Origin: an uncultured Spirochaetota bacterium | GTDB lineage: Bacteria > Spirochaetota > Spirochaetia > SZUA-6 > Fen-1364 | DNA length: 39,658 nt | NCBI GenBank assembly: GCA_963845535.1 | Contig: CAWJSK010000005.1 | Coordinates: 1 to 39,658, forward strand | Direction: 5' to 3' | Shown: one piece after another, positions 1 to 8,916 of the stretch | Layout of the letters: each line of letters begins with the position of its first letter | Numbering within the stretch: the stretch's first letter is position 1 | The notes under the pieces: generated by a model | What the model was told of the DNA's origin: nothing | The model's input: only the letters and a program-made list of their open reading frames with translations | The model's database searches: none | Program-made: the position numbers and the translations under genes

Positions 1-209
1 TCATTCTTTCCATTATGGGCGACCTTTTCCAGGTTACTTATATGGGCATAACAAACGTATTTGTTGAGAATAGCTCTACGGTTTCGGCCGGAACTGAAAT
101 CGGAAGAAGCGGATCAGCAGACAGTGCATTTTGGGTGAATGTCAAGCTTTATAGCCCAAACGCGGAAATACTAACGCCGGACGTCATCTACTTTGAGAGC
201 AAATTGTGA
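1..209 (+). CDS. 3' end of a gene entering from the left edge; weak resemblance to an M23 peptidase-like C-terminal fold, catalytic His residues not visible
   Basis: Frame is open from base 3. VTYMGITNVFVENSSTVSAGTEIGRSG follows the Y..L..V..G..V..G..IG..G spacing of M23 domains. Confidence 0.35.
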   Translation, partial: ILSIMGDLFQVTYMGITNVFVENSSTVSAGTEIGRSGSADSAFWVNVKLYSPNAEILTPDVIYFESKL

Positions 210-272
210 CAAAAAGACGTGACGGCACTCACAGTCCAAATCTCAGAGATGCAGAGGATCGAGCACAAGTAA

Positions 273-802
273 GGGTGATCAGAACCCCGTGCAGGAAACG
301 GCTTCGGGCTTGAGTTCTCCTAGGGGGCGCCCCTGACGGGGCTCCTGGGAGGACCGCGCGTCTTCCGATCATTCATGAATTATCGAAAGTCGCGCTGAAC
401 TCAAGCCCTCCGCTCGACCGGCGGGGCAAGGGATGGTGTGAGACGGCTCGGGCATCCTTGCCCTCATTCGAGCCTCTTCTCTCCGTGATTCCGAAAACAG
501 TGTCGCTAACGGGTATCCATTGGGCTATCGTCGGGGGAGAGAGTCTGGATGACCAGGTGCGAGACCGATGGATCCAAAATTGGTTACAAGCCTTCGAACG
601 ATCTGCCGAAGGCACGGGACGGCTTCCTTCTTCAAGCAATGGAACGGCTCCAATGAGAGGGCGAATGAAAGAATTCTCGTCGGCAGAACCTGGGATGAAA
701 TGCCTGTAGCAATTGAACCTCATTAGGCCCCGGAAGCCCTGCAAGATAACTGGCAGAAGGTCGAACTGGGTCGCTACCCGTGTTCAGCTCCTATTGATCC
801 CC
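273..802 (+). ncRNA. Candidate large structured RNA of unknown family
   Basis: Nested inverted repeats: 273-282/794-802, 306-317/397-408 (12 bp perfect), 424-435/453-463, 578-588/705-714, 602-609/680-687. Several G-U pairs favour the + strand. No recognisable protein. Confidence 0.45.
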
Positions 803-811
803 CAGGCGCGC

Positions 812-1873
812 TTAGTCCTCGATATCCCAGAAGAAATCCTTGTTGGTGAGCTCCTTCTCTTCGTCCGGCTTCGCCGGTCGAGTGATCCCTGGCGGCAGAT
901 TCTCCGTGTGCGCGTACGAGTATTCCACCTGCGCTTCGAGATCCCGAGTCTCTTCCTCCCAGTACTCGGGCGTTCCGAAATGCGGAAACACCGTGGGAAA
1001 CACTCGATCCTCCCACCTCTCAGCGATCCATGCGGCATAGCGGATGTAGCGCAGCGCACGCAAAGGCTCTATGAGGCGGAGCCAGGAATCCTCGAACTCC
1101 CTGAACTGCCGGTAGGCCTCCAGGAAAATCATCCTTTGCCTCAATCCCTCAGCGTCGCGCGCGGGCACGAGCATCCAGACGTCCTGGACCGCGGGGCCCG
1201 TCAGGAAATCGTCGAAATCAAGGAAGAACCATCCCTCGCTCCCTTGCAGGATATTCCCGAGGTGGCAGTCCCCATGGATTCGGTGGACGGGAACGTTCTT
1301 TCTCAGCGTCTCGTAGAGCTCGACAATGGCGTTGACGGCGGTCCGATACCTCTCGGCAAGATGAGGGGGGAGAAAGCCGCGGCCTTCCAGGAGGGCCAAC
1401 GGGTCGAGCCCGTAGGATTTGCCGGTCAGCGCGGGTCTATGAAGCGCTTCTCTTTCAGACCCCTTGTTGTGGATTCTCGCAAGGAGCCTTCCCATCATCC
1501 CTAGCACTTCGTCAGAAAGCTCATCCGGCGCTCTCCCGCCCGTCCGCGGCCAGACCGCATAGTACATCCCCTCTATTTCGCGGATTGACTCACCCCCGGC
1601 GAGGATCAACGGCGCGCACACGGGGATTTCCTCACTGCGAAGCTCGAACAAGAGCTGATGCTCTTCACGGATCTGGTCCCTGGTCCATCTGCCTGGCCGG
1701 TAGAACTTCGCCACGACGTGGGAGCCGTCCTCCTGGGCAAGCTCGTAGACCCTGTTCTCGTAACTGTTGAGCGCCATACAGTAACCTGTGGGTCTCAGGC
1801 CGCCTTGTTCGGCGGCCTCCATGATCAGGTCGGGGCTCAGGTTGTAGAAGCTGGTATTTGCTGTGCTGTGCAT
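812..1873 (-). CDS. srkA: Stress-response Ser/Thr kinase SrkA/RdoA (APH-like fold)
   Basis: LNSYENRVY, VAKFYRPGRW, IHGDCHLGN, DFDD, GPAVQD and RWEDxxFPxxFP motifs. Start moved to ATG 1873 (MHSTAN). Confidence 0.93.
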   Translation of the reverse strand: MHSTANTSFYNLSPDLIMEAAEQGGLRPTGYCMALNSYENRVYELAQEDGSHVVAKFYRPGRWTRDQIREEHQLLFELRSEEIPVCAPLILAGGESIREIEGMYYAVWPRTGGRAPDELSDEVLGMMGRLLARIHNKGSEREALHRPALTGKSYGLDPLALLEGRGFLPPHLAERYRTAVNAIVELYETLRKNVPVHRIHGDCHLGNILQGSEGWFFLDFDDFLTGPAVQDVWMLVPARDAEGLRQRMIFLEAYRQFREFEDSWLRLIEPLRALRYIRYAAWIAERWEDRVFPTVFPHFGTPEYWEEETRDLEAQVEYSYAHTENLPPGITRPAKPDEEKELTNKDFFWDIED

Positions 1874-1959
1874 CGCTTCAACGAAGATAGTACCAATCAG
1901 GGACCTGATGGAAGCGGCGGCCCAAACGCATGCTCGGCGCAAAACGGCGAAGCGGCCCA

Positions 1960-2039
1960 CGCGGCCCGCCCCGCGCGTTGACAGCCGCCCCCGCGCGGCC
2001 CGCCCGGTGCGTTGACACCCGGCCCGTGCGTTGTTTGAC
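1960..2039 (+). repeat. Degenerate direct repeat of a 24-bp unit containing TTGACA in the srkA/VOC divergent promoter region
   Basis: CGCGGCCCGCCCCGCGCGTTGACA (1960-1983) and CGCGGCCCGCCCGGTGCGTTGACA (1994-2017), plus a partial third copy at 2020-2039. Confidence 0.7.
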
Positions 2040-2088
2040 TCTTTGGCGCGCGGGAGATTACGTTTTCGTGGTGCAAGGAGGAATCACC

Positions 2089-2502
2089 GTGGCTCAATTG
2101 AACGCCTATCTTCATTTTCAGGATAACTGCCGCCAGGCCATGACATTCTACAAGGATTGCCTGGGAGGGGAGCTCACGCTTATGACCGTTGGAGAATCCC
2201 CAATGGCGTCACAGGTCCCGCCGGAGGCCAAGAACCACATCATGCATTCGGCGCTGAAGAATGGAAACATGGTCCTCATGGCTTCCGACAACATGGGAAC
2301 GGGGAGCATCACAAAGGGAAACCAGTTCTCAATGACGATCGAATGCGGTAACAAGAAAGAAGCTGATTCCTTTTACGCCAAGCTCTCCGCTGGCGGGAAG
2401 GCCACCCACCCCATGAAGGACGAGTTCTTCGGGTATTATGGGGATCTGACGGACAAGTTCGGCGTCAACTGGATGATCAGCCATATGAACCCGCAACCGT
2501 AG
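2089..2502 (+). CDS. VOC family protein (PhnB/YjdN-like)
   Basis: LNAYLHFQDNCRQAMTFY, IMHSAL and YGDLTDKFGVNWMI. GTG start preceded by AAGGAGG. Confidence 0.9.
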   Translation: MAQLNAYLHFQDNCRQAMTFYKDCLGGELTLMTVGESPMASQVPPEAKNHIMHSALKNGNMVLMASDNMGTGSITKGNQFSMTIECGNKKEADSFYAKLSAGGKATHPMKDEFFGYYGDLTDKFGVNWMISHMNPQP

Positions 2503-2505
2503 AGA

Positions 2506-5067
2506 TCACCCCGGCCCGTCAAGGAGATCGCGGACTTTTCGAAGGAGGTTCGAGCCGTCGAAAGGCTTCTCGATGAGCTCGACTCCTTCCTCCAGGACCC
2601 CTTGATGAACGATGACGCTTTCCGCGTATCCTGAGAGAAAAAGGACGCGCGTGCGGGGGAACTTCGTGCGCACCGAGTGCGCCAGTTCCTTGCCGTTCAT
2701 GCCGGGCATGACGACGTCCGTCACGAGGAGGTCCGGCGTCAGTAAGGATTCAGAAAGCTTCCTCAGTGCCTCCGCTCCTCCCGCAGCAGACACGACGGTG
2801 TAGCCTCCGGACTCCAGAATGGACAGGGTAATCCGCCTGACCGCTTCGTCGTCCTCAACGAGGAGTATGGTCTCCGCGCCTCGGCGCGTCACCGGGGAAC
2901 GTCGTTCCTCTTGCGTCTCTTCCGCAATCTCCCGAATGACGCGAGGAAAGTACATTTTGAACGTCGTGCCCTTGCCAGGCTCGCTTGCGCAGGAAATGAA
3001 GCCTTCACTCTGTTTGACAATGCCGTAGACGGTGGCAAGGCCCAACCCTGTTCCTTTGCCCTTTTCCTTGGTGGTGAAGAAAGGTTCAAAAACGCGACCC
3101 AGGATATCCTGATCCATCCCGGCTCCGTTGTCGATCACCGAAAGAAGCACATACTCACCGGGCGGCACCTCAGGATGTTTGCCGCGCAGACTCTTCGAAA
3201 GGGAAAGATTCGAGGTCTCGATGGACAGGACGCCCCCTTGGGGCATTGCGTCGCGTGAGTTTACCGCAAGGTTCATGAGCACCTGCTCGATCTTTCCCGG
3301 ATCCGCTCGAATGCCCCAGAGCCCCGGGGGTCTGAGCTCCCTCACCCGGATGTCTTCCCCGAGGAGGCGCTTGATCATGTCAATCATCCCCTCGACAAGC
3401 GCGCCAAGGTCCACAACGCGCGGCTGGAGAATCTGTTTGCGGCTGAACGCAAGGAGCTGCGCGGTGAGCGTGGCTGCCCTTTGCGCGGCCCGTTTGATTT
3501 CCGTGAGATTGGCGTGCAGCGGCTCGTTGCTCGGTGCGATCTCCGGTCCCATCTCGCAGTACCCGTTGATCACCGTGAGCAAATTGTTGAAGTCGTGGGC
3601 AATTCCGCCCGCCAGTCTCCCCACCGCCTCCATTTTTTGGGCTTCCTGAAGCTGCTCGCGGAGTTTTCTCTGGTCCTCCAACGCTTTGTTCCTTTCGGTG
3701 AGGTCCCTGACGAATGCGTGGATGACTCCAGAGCCCTCCCTGCTCACTACTTTTGCGCTCACTTCCACCGGGACCCCCGAGCCGTCTTTTCGGATTTCGA
3801 CCGCTTCGAAAAGGCTGGAGCCGTAGTGGACCAGGTTCTCGAGGTTGCGGGGGATTTTCTTGCGGGTCGCCTCATCATCCACCGCCGCAAGGTTCGTGCC
3901 GACCAGCTCAGCGCGGCTTCTGCCCAGCATTTTGCAGGCGTTTTCGTTGACGTCCAGAATCATTCCGTTGAAATCGTGGATGAGAAGGGCGTCGGTGATG
4001 TTCTCCACGATGGTCTGATACCTTCGTTCACTGGCGCTTAGCGCCGCCTCAGCCTCTTTCTGCCGGGTGACGTCCCGACTGATGCCAACCAATCCTTGCG
4101 CGACCCCGTGTGCGTCAAGGACAGGCACCTTGGTCGTTGTGATAATCCTGGAGACTCCTGAGACAAGCTTCGGCCCTTCTTTTTCAATGACTTTGCGCCC
4201 CGTGGCAATGATCGCGCGCTCATCCGCCTGGAAACGGTCTGCCATTTCCTTCGGGTAAAAATCGTGATCGGTCTTTCCGATGAGATTTTCCGGCGTGCCC
4301 GCCTGCATGACGTCAGCTACGACTTTGTTGGCGCGGATGAAGCGGCAGTTTGCGTCCTTGAGAAACACTCCGTCGGGCAGGTTGTCGATCAGGGTCAGGA
4401 GCTGCGCGCGCTCCCGCTCGATCCTTTGTTCAAGCTGGGCCTTCTCGGTGATGTCCTGGAACGTAGCCAGGGCGCCACTGAAAGCCCCGTTCGGATCACG
4501 CCGCGGAGCAGCGGTAACCTGGATGCGTCTGATCTCCCCGTCCATCCGCCTGATGTCTATCTCGTAGGAGCTCGTGACGCCCTGTGCGCGCTTGTCAGAC
4601 TCCTTTTGGACCTCTTGGCGCTCCGTGTCACCCAGAAACTCCATGAGATTTCGTCCGACAAGCCCGCCTTTCGGCGCCCCGAAGACCTTTTCCGCGGCGG
4701 GGTTTGCGAAGAGCATCAACTCCCTCGGATCGACAATGACGACACCCGTGGCCAGGTTTTCGATAAGCAGGCGATATTGTTCCTCATGGCGCTGAAGAGC
4801 GGCCTCCGCTTCTTTGCGCCCTGTGGCTTCCTTCTCCTCCGTGCGTAACTGATTCCTCAGGATCACGTAGAGCATCAGGGCGGTGACTGCTACGAATACC
4901 CATCCTTTGTAGACTTCTGCCTGAATGAGCACCCTTGGATTGGCGATGAGGATGCCCAAGGCCCGATCCGACAGGAGTATCCAGAGGCCCGCAGCAACCG
5001 CGTAGACGACGCTTACCCGCAAGGCCACGTGAGCCAGTTTGCCACGCATCTGTTGAAATATACTCAC
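2506..5067 (-). CDS. Hybrid sensor histidine kinase: 2 TM, 3 PAS, HisKA, HATPase, receiver
   Basis: H-box GGIAHDFNNLL, N-box NLAVNSRDAM, G-boxes DNGAGM and KGTGLGL, receiver LVEDD...DVVMPGMNG...KPF. Confidence 0.93.
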   Translation of the reverse strand: MSIFQQMRGKLAHVALRVSVVYAVAAGLWILLSDRALGILIANPRVLIQAEVYKGWVFVAVTALMLYVILRNQLRTEEKEATGRKEAEAALQRHEEQYRLLIENLATGVVIVDPRELMLFANPAAEKVFGAPKGGLVGRNLMEFLGDTERQEVQKESDKRAQGVTSSYEIDIRRMDGEIRRIQVTAAPRRDPNGAFSGALATFQDITEKAQLEQRIERERAQLLTLIDNLPDGVFLKDANCRFIRANKVVADVMQAGTPENLIGKTDHDFYPKEMADRFQADERAIIATGRKVIEKEGPKLVSGVSRIITTTKVPVLDAHGVAQGLVGISRDVTRQKEAEAALSASERRYQTIVENITDALLIHDFNGMILDVNENACKMLGRSRAELVGTNLAAVDDEATRKKIPRNLENLVHYGSSLFEAVEIRKDGSGVPVEVSAKVVSREGSGVIHAFVRDLTERNKALEDQRKLREQLQEAQKMEAVGRLAGGIAHDFNNLLTVINGYCEMGPEIAPSNEPLHANLTEIKRAAQRAATLTAQLLAFSRKQILQPRVVDLGALVEGMIDMIKRLLGEDIRVRELRPPGLWGIRADPGKIEQVLMNLAVNSRDAMPQGGVLSIETSNLSLSKSLRGKHPEVPPGEYVLLSVIDNGAGMDQDILGRVFEPFFTTKEKGKGTGLGLATVYGIVKQSEGFISCASEPGKGTTFKMYFPRVIREIAEETQEERRSPVTRRGAETILLVEDDEAVRRITLSILESGGYTVVSAAGGAEALRKLSESLLTPDLLVTDVVMPGMNGKELAHSVRTKFPRTRVLFLSGYAESVIVHQGVLEEGVELIEKPFDGSNLLRKVRDLLDGPG

Positions 5068-5158
5068 GCCCGCAGCGGGACTCGACAGCTTGGAAGCAGA
5101 CCTCGAAGGCGTTCAAACGGGACTGATTTGCTTTTTGCTTCTTCCCGGGAATGCCAGC

Positions 5159-7009
5159 TTACGGAGATGCGTCCGCGCGGGTCAGAAACTCACGGATGGC
5201 GTCGAGGAATGCCTTGCCGTAGGCGGCCAGCTTTGCCTCACCCACGCCTGGACAGCGTAGGAGGCCTGTAGAGTCCGTGGGCCGGGCGCGCGCCATGGCC
5301 CGCAAAGTCTTGTCGCTGAAAACGATGTAGGCGGGCAATCCCTTTGCATCAGCGATGTACTTTCGTACCTGCCGCAGGCTCTGGAAAAGCCCATCCTGCG
5401 CGGCACCGTCCAGCGGAGCTGCTTCAGGCGCCGGCTCACATTCCGCCTGGGACGCACCGGCGCCGCGCGTCCCCAGGAACGTCTGCTTGCCCTGGAGGAG
5501 GAGACGTCCCTTGCTGGAAAGGCTGTATCCCGCGGTCCGGCCATCACCGCGGACAAGGCAGCCCGCGGCATCCAGGTCTCTTGCCAGGCCGAGCCACCAG
5601 TCCCGCTCATGATCCCTGCCGACGCCGAAAGTCGGCAGGGCGTCGTGCCCGCGCTCCAGGACCTTGTCAGTTCGATTGCCCGTCACGATGTCAACGAGGT
5701 GGTGGGCGCCGAATCGCTCTCCCGTGCGCACGGCAGCGGAGAGGAGCTTGCGCGCGGGTTCCGTCAGGTCTTCGATGGCCACCTCACCCGCGCATACGTC
5801 ACAGCGGCCGCAGGTCCCGGGGTGGAGCTCGCTGAAATGCGCCAGGAGCTGCGCCCTGCGGCAGACCGAGGACTCAGCGTAGCGAAGAATCTCACGCAGC
5901 CGCCCCTCCGCTCGTTCAGCTTCCTGGGGATTTTCCATCCGCTCGATGTGCCAGCGGATGGAAGCGATGTCACCCGGCCCATACAGGAGGAGCGCCTCCG
6001 CGTCCTCACCATCACGGGCCGCTCTGCCGGTTTCCTGGTAGTAGCCCTCGATGCTGCGGGGCAGGTCCGCGTGCACCACCCAGCGGACGTTCGGTTTGTC
6101 TATTCCCATCCCGAAAGCGATGGTGGCCACCACCACCTTGACCTCGTCTCTGAGAAACTGCTCCTGCCGGGACTTGCGTTGTTCATCCTCCAGGCCGGCG
6201 TGGTACGGCACTGCGTCGACTCCGCGCGCGGACAGGAACTCCGCGGTGCGCTCAACGGATTTGCGCGTGCCGCGATACACGATGCCAGGCTCACCGTCCC
6301 GTTTCCTTACGAACTGGAGTATTTGCGCGTCGCCATTGCCCTCTCTTGCGCGAACCCTGTAGAAGATCTCGGGCCGGTCGAAGGTTGCCCGCACCACGAA
6401 GGGCGTCTTCAGCGCGAGAAGCCGTATCACGTCCTCCTGCACCTGCGGCGTGGCCGTTGCAGTGAATGCCGCTATGGGGACTTTCGGGAACTCCTCCCTG
6501 AGAAGGCCCAGGGACCGGTAGTCAGGGCGGAACTCGTGCCCCCATTCCGAGATGCAGTGCGCCTCATCCACGGCAATCAGCGCAAGGCCGAACCTTGCAA
6601 GAGAGGAACGGAAGGCGGGGATGGAAAGCCTCTCAGGTGACGCGTAGAGAAGGCGGATGGATCCGGAGCCAAGGGCTTGCCACGTCTCCCTGGCTTCATC
6701 CGTGGAGAGGGTGCTGTTGAGAAACGCGGCGGGAATGCCGTCCTCCCGCGCGCCGTCCACCTGGTCTTTCATGAGAGAGATCAGGGGACTGACCACGAGG
6801 GTAAGCCCCCGCAGCATGACCGCAGGGAGCTGGTAGCAGAGGGATTTTCCGCCGCCGGTGGGCAGGGAGGCAAAAACGTCATGCCCGCACAGGATGGCCT
6901 CCACGATCTCCTTCTGGTGGGGCCGAAACGCTTCAAATCCGAAGTGCTGTTTCAAGGCGCGCGTCAGCTCAGGCGCGCCTGCCTCTGCCGGTTTCTCCAC
7001 GCCGCTCAA
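5159..7009 (-). CDS. recQ: ATP-dependent DNA helicase RecQ with RQC and HRDC domains
   Basis: PTGGGKS, VDEAHCISEWGHEFRP, QETGRAARDG, Cys cluster CRR...CGRCDVC, HRDC AYIVFSDKTL. Likely TTG start overlapping the upstream stop (TTGA); the ORF track starts at 7039. Confidence 0.95.
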   Translation of the reverse strand: MSGVEKPAEAGAPELTRALKQHFGFEAFRPHQKEIVEAILCGHDVFASLPTGGGKSLCYQLPAVMLRGLTLVVSPLISLMKDQVDGAREDGIPAAFLNSTLSTDEARETWQALGSGSIRLLYASPERLSIPAFRSSLARFGLALIAVDEAHCISEWGHEFRPDYRSLGLLREEFPKVPIAAFTATATPQVQEDVIRLLALKTPFVVRATFDRPEIFYRVRAREGNGDAQILQFVRKRDGEPGIVYRGTRKSVERTAEFLSARGVDAVPYHAGLEDEQRKSRQEQFLRDEVKVVVATIAFGMGIDKPNVRWVVHADLPRSIEGYYQETGRAARDGEDAEALLLYGPGDIASIRWHIERMENPQEAERAEGRLREILRYAESSVCRRAQLLAHFSELHPGTCGRCDVCAGEVAIEDLTEPARKLLSAAVRTGERFGAHHLVDIVTGNRTDKVLERGHDALPTFGVGRDHERDWWLGLARDLDAAGCLVRGDGRTAGYSLSSKGRLLLQGKQTFLGTRGAGASQAECEPAPEAAPLDGAAQDGLFQSLRQVRKYIADAKGLPAYIVFSDKTLRAMARARPTDSTGLLRCPGVGEAKLAAYGKAFLDAIREFLTRADASP

Positions 7010-8811
7010 TCTCCGGCGCGGCCAGCCAGCTCTTCCCATCTGGTCAGCCGCTCCTCTATTGTGTGCAGGACTTCCTGATATCGCCTGGCGTTCTTTGCGC
7101 GCGCTTCGGGATCAGCCGATCCTCCCAATTGCTCCTGGAAAGACTCCTCCAGCGCTTTCTGCTCATTTTCCAATGACTCGATCTCCGCCAGGATGCCCTC
7201 GTACTCCTTGCGCTCCTTGAAGGAAAGGCGCGCCTTCTCCGCTCGGTTTTGCGCCCGGGCCGGGCGGCGCCGCTCTGCCAGCGGTTCCGCGGGCTCTTCG
7301 TCCTCTGCCTCTTGGACCGCCTCCCGGTATTCCTCATAGGTGCCGATGAACCCGCGCGCGCCGCCTTCTCCGTCGAACACCAGGAGAGAATCCGTCAGCC
7401 TGTCCAGCAGCGCCCTGTCATGGGAGACCAGGAGGATGCATCCTTCGAAGTCCTCCAGGTAGTCCTCCAGGAGGCGGATGGTGTCCAGGTCCAGGTCATT
7501 CGTCGGCTCATCAAGGAGCAGGAAGTTGGGCGCCGTGGCAAGCAGGCGCACCAGCGTGAGCCTGCGAAGCTCTCCGCCGGAAAGCCGGTCCAGCGTGACA
7601 CCCTGCATGCTTCGAGGAAAGAGAAAGCGCTCCAGGAACTGCTCCGCGGAAAGGGATTCCCCGCGTTCCTGCGGGACCCGCTCCGCAAGCTCCCGCATGA
7701 AGTCCAGCACGGTGATGTCCCGGCGTCCCTCACCGCCAGCCTGGGGAAGGTGCGCGAAGACCGTGGTTTCTCCCTTGATGACGCTGCCGCTGTCCGGTCC
7801 CACCTCAGCAGCCGCCAGCTTGAGAAACGTGGTCTTTCCTGAGCCGTTGGGCCCAATGACCCCGATCCTTTCCCCGCGCCTGAAGCTATGCGTAAAGGGG
7901 AGGAGAACCGACCTGCCGTCATAACTTTTGGTCACGGCCTGCATCTCCAGGACTTTCTTCCCCAGCCGTCTGTGCGAGGAGGTGAACTCCCGCATGGTCA
8001 TCTCCGCCTGCACGTGGGAATCAAGCAGGTCCTGGATGCGCTGCTTGCGGCCTTTGTCCTTTCCCGTGCGGGCCCGCGGTCCGCGCTTCAGCCACTCCGC
8101 CTCCCGCCTCAGGATGGTTGCCCGGCGCTGTTCGTCCTTCTGGCGCACCTCCTCGCGTTCCGCCCTGCGCTCTAGATACACGGAGTAGTTGCCCGAGTAC
8201 TTGCGCACCGTCCGGTCATCGATCTCCATGATGGAGGTGCACACCCCGTCCAGGAAGTAGCGGTCATGCGTGACAAGGATGAAGCCGAAGGACACCACGC
8301 GCAGCCGCGCCTCCAGCCATTCGATGGTGTCCAGGTCCAGGTGATTGGTGGGTTCATCAAGGAGCAGGAAATTGGCGCGCCGCGCAAGGCATCTGGCGAT
8401 GGAGGCCTTGCGGACCATGCCTCCGGAGAGAGTCTCCAAGGGCGCAGCGGGGTCATCCAATCCGAGCTCGCGGCACAGGGAGCGGTAGGAATCCGCCACC
8501 GCTGCGCGCTCTTCGGCGCTGAGCGTTGCCTGGTCCGCGCTCTCCGTGAAGCAGTACGCTTCCAGCGTGGTCCCCGCGTGGAACAGGGGCCGCTGCGGCA
8601 GGATGCTCATGGTGAGGGTGCGGTTACGAGACACGCTGCCGGCGTCCGCGGGGAGCTCGCCGGTCAGGATCCTCAGGAAGGTGGATTTCCCCGCGCCATT
8701 CCTTCCGATGAACCCTATCTTGTCGCCGGCATCAATCCCCAGGGTCACCTGCTCGAACAGGGGCGCGTCCACCAGGGTCTTGCTTACGCCGTCCAGAGAC
8801 AGGATGTTCAC
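7006..8811 (-). CDS. uup: ABC-F family ATPase, Uup-like (with C-terminal coiled coil)
   Basis: Two NBDs (GRNGAGKST/LSGG/DEPTNHLD and GPNGSGKTT/LSGG/DEPTNDLD), WLKRGPRAR linker, RLSFKERKE...RWEEL tail, no TM segments. Confidence 0.85.
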   Translation of the reverse strand: MNILSLDGVSKTLVDAPLFEQVTLGIDAGDKIGFIGRNGAGKSTFLRILTGELPADAGSVSRNRTLTMSILPQRPLFHAGTTLEAYCFTESADQATLSAEERAAVADSYRSLCRELGLDDPAAPLETLSGGMVRKASIARCLARRANFLLLDEPTNHLDLDTIEWLEARLRVVSFGFILVTHDRYFLDGVCTSIMEIDDRTVRKYSGNYSVYLERRAEREEVRQKDEQRRATILRREAEWLKRGPRARTGKDKGRKQRIQDLLDSHVQAEMTMREFTSSHRRLGKKVLEMQAVTKSYDGRSVLLPFTHSFRRGERIGVIGPNGSGKTTFLKLAAAEVGPDSGSVIKGETTVFAHLPQAGGEGRRDITVLDFMRELAERVPQERGESLSAEQFLERFLFPRSMQGVTLDRLSGGELRRLTLVRLLATAPNFLLLDEPTNDLDLDTIRLLEDYLEDFEGCILLVSHDRALLDRLTDSLLVFDGEGGARGFIGTYEEYREAVQEAEDEEPAEPLAERRRPARAQNRAEKARLSFKERKEYEGILAEIESLENEQKALEESFQEQLGGSADPEARAKNARRYQEVLHTIEERLTRWEELAGRAGD

Positions 8812-8916
8812 GGGCGGCACTATAGCCGTCCTGCCCGCGAATGACAACGCGCCTTTTGGCGGCGCCGGGCGGCGCCAGGCCGCGTCAGGCCGCGCCGCCC
8901 GAACCCGCTGCCGGGT

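Noticed and set aside
373..744. ORFs 373-744 (-) and 458-709 (+)
   Set aside because: No recognisable motifs or RBS; more simply explained as chance frames over a structured non-coding region.
273..802. RNase P, tmRNA, group I/II intron or hammerhead identity for the structured region
   Set aside because: I found no GAGGAAAGUCC, tRNA-like ends, canonical domain V or CUGANGA core on either strand.
713..1504. Long antisense/shadow ORFs (e.g. 713-1504, 5609-6640, 24480-25301, 36393-37124)
   Set aside because: They lie opposite well-supported genes, which is typical of high-GC codon bias.
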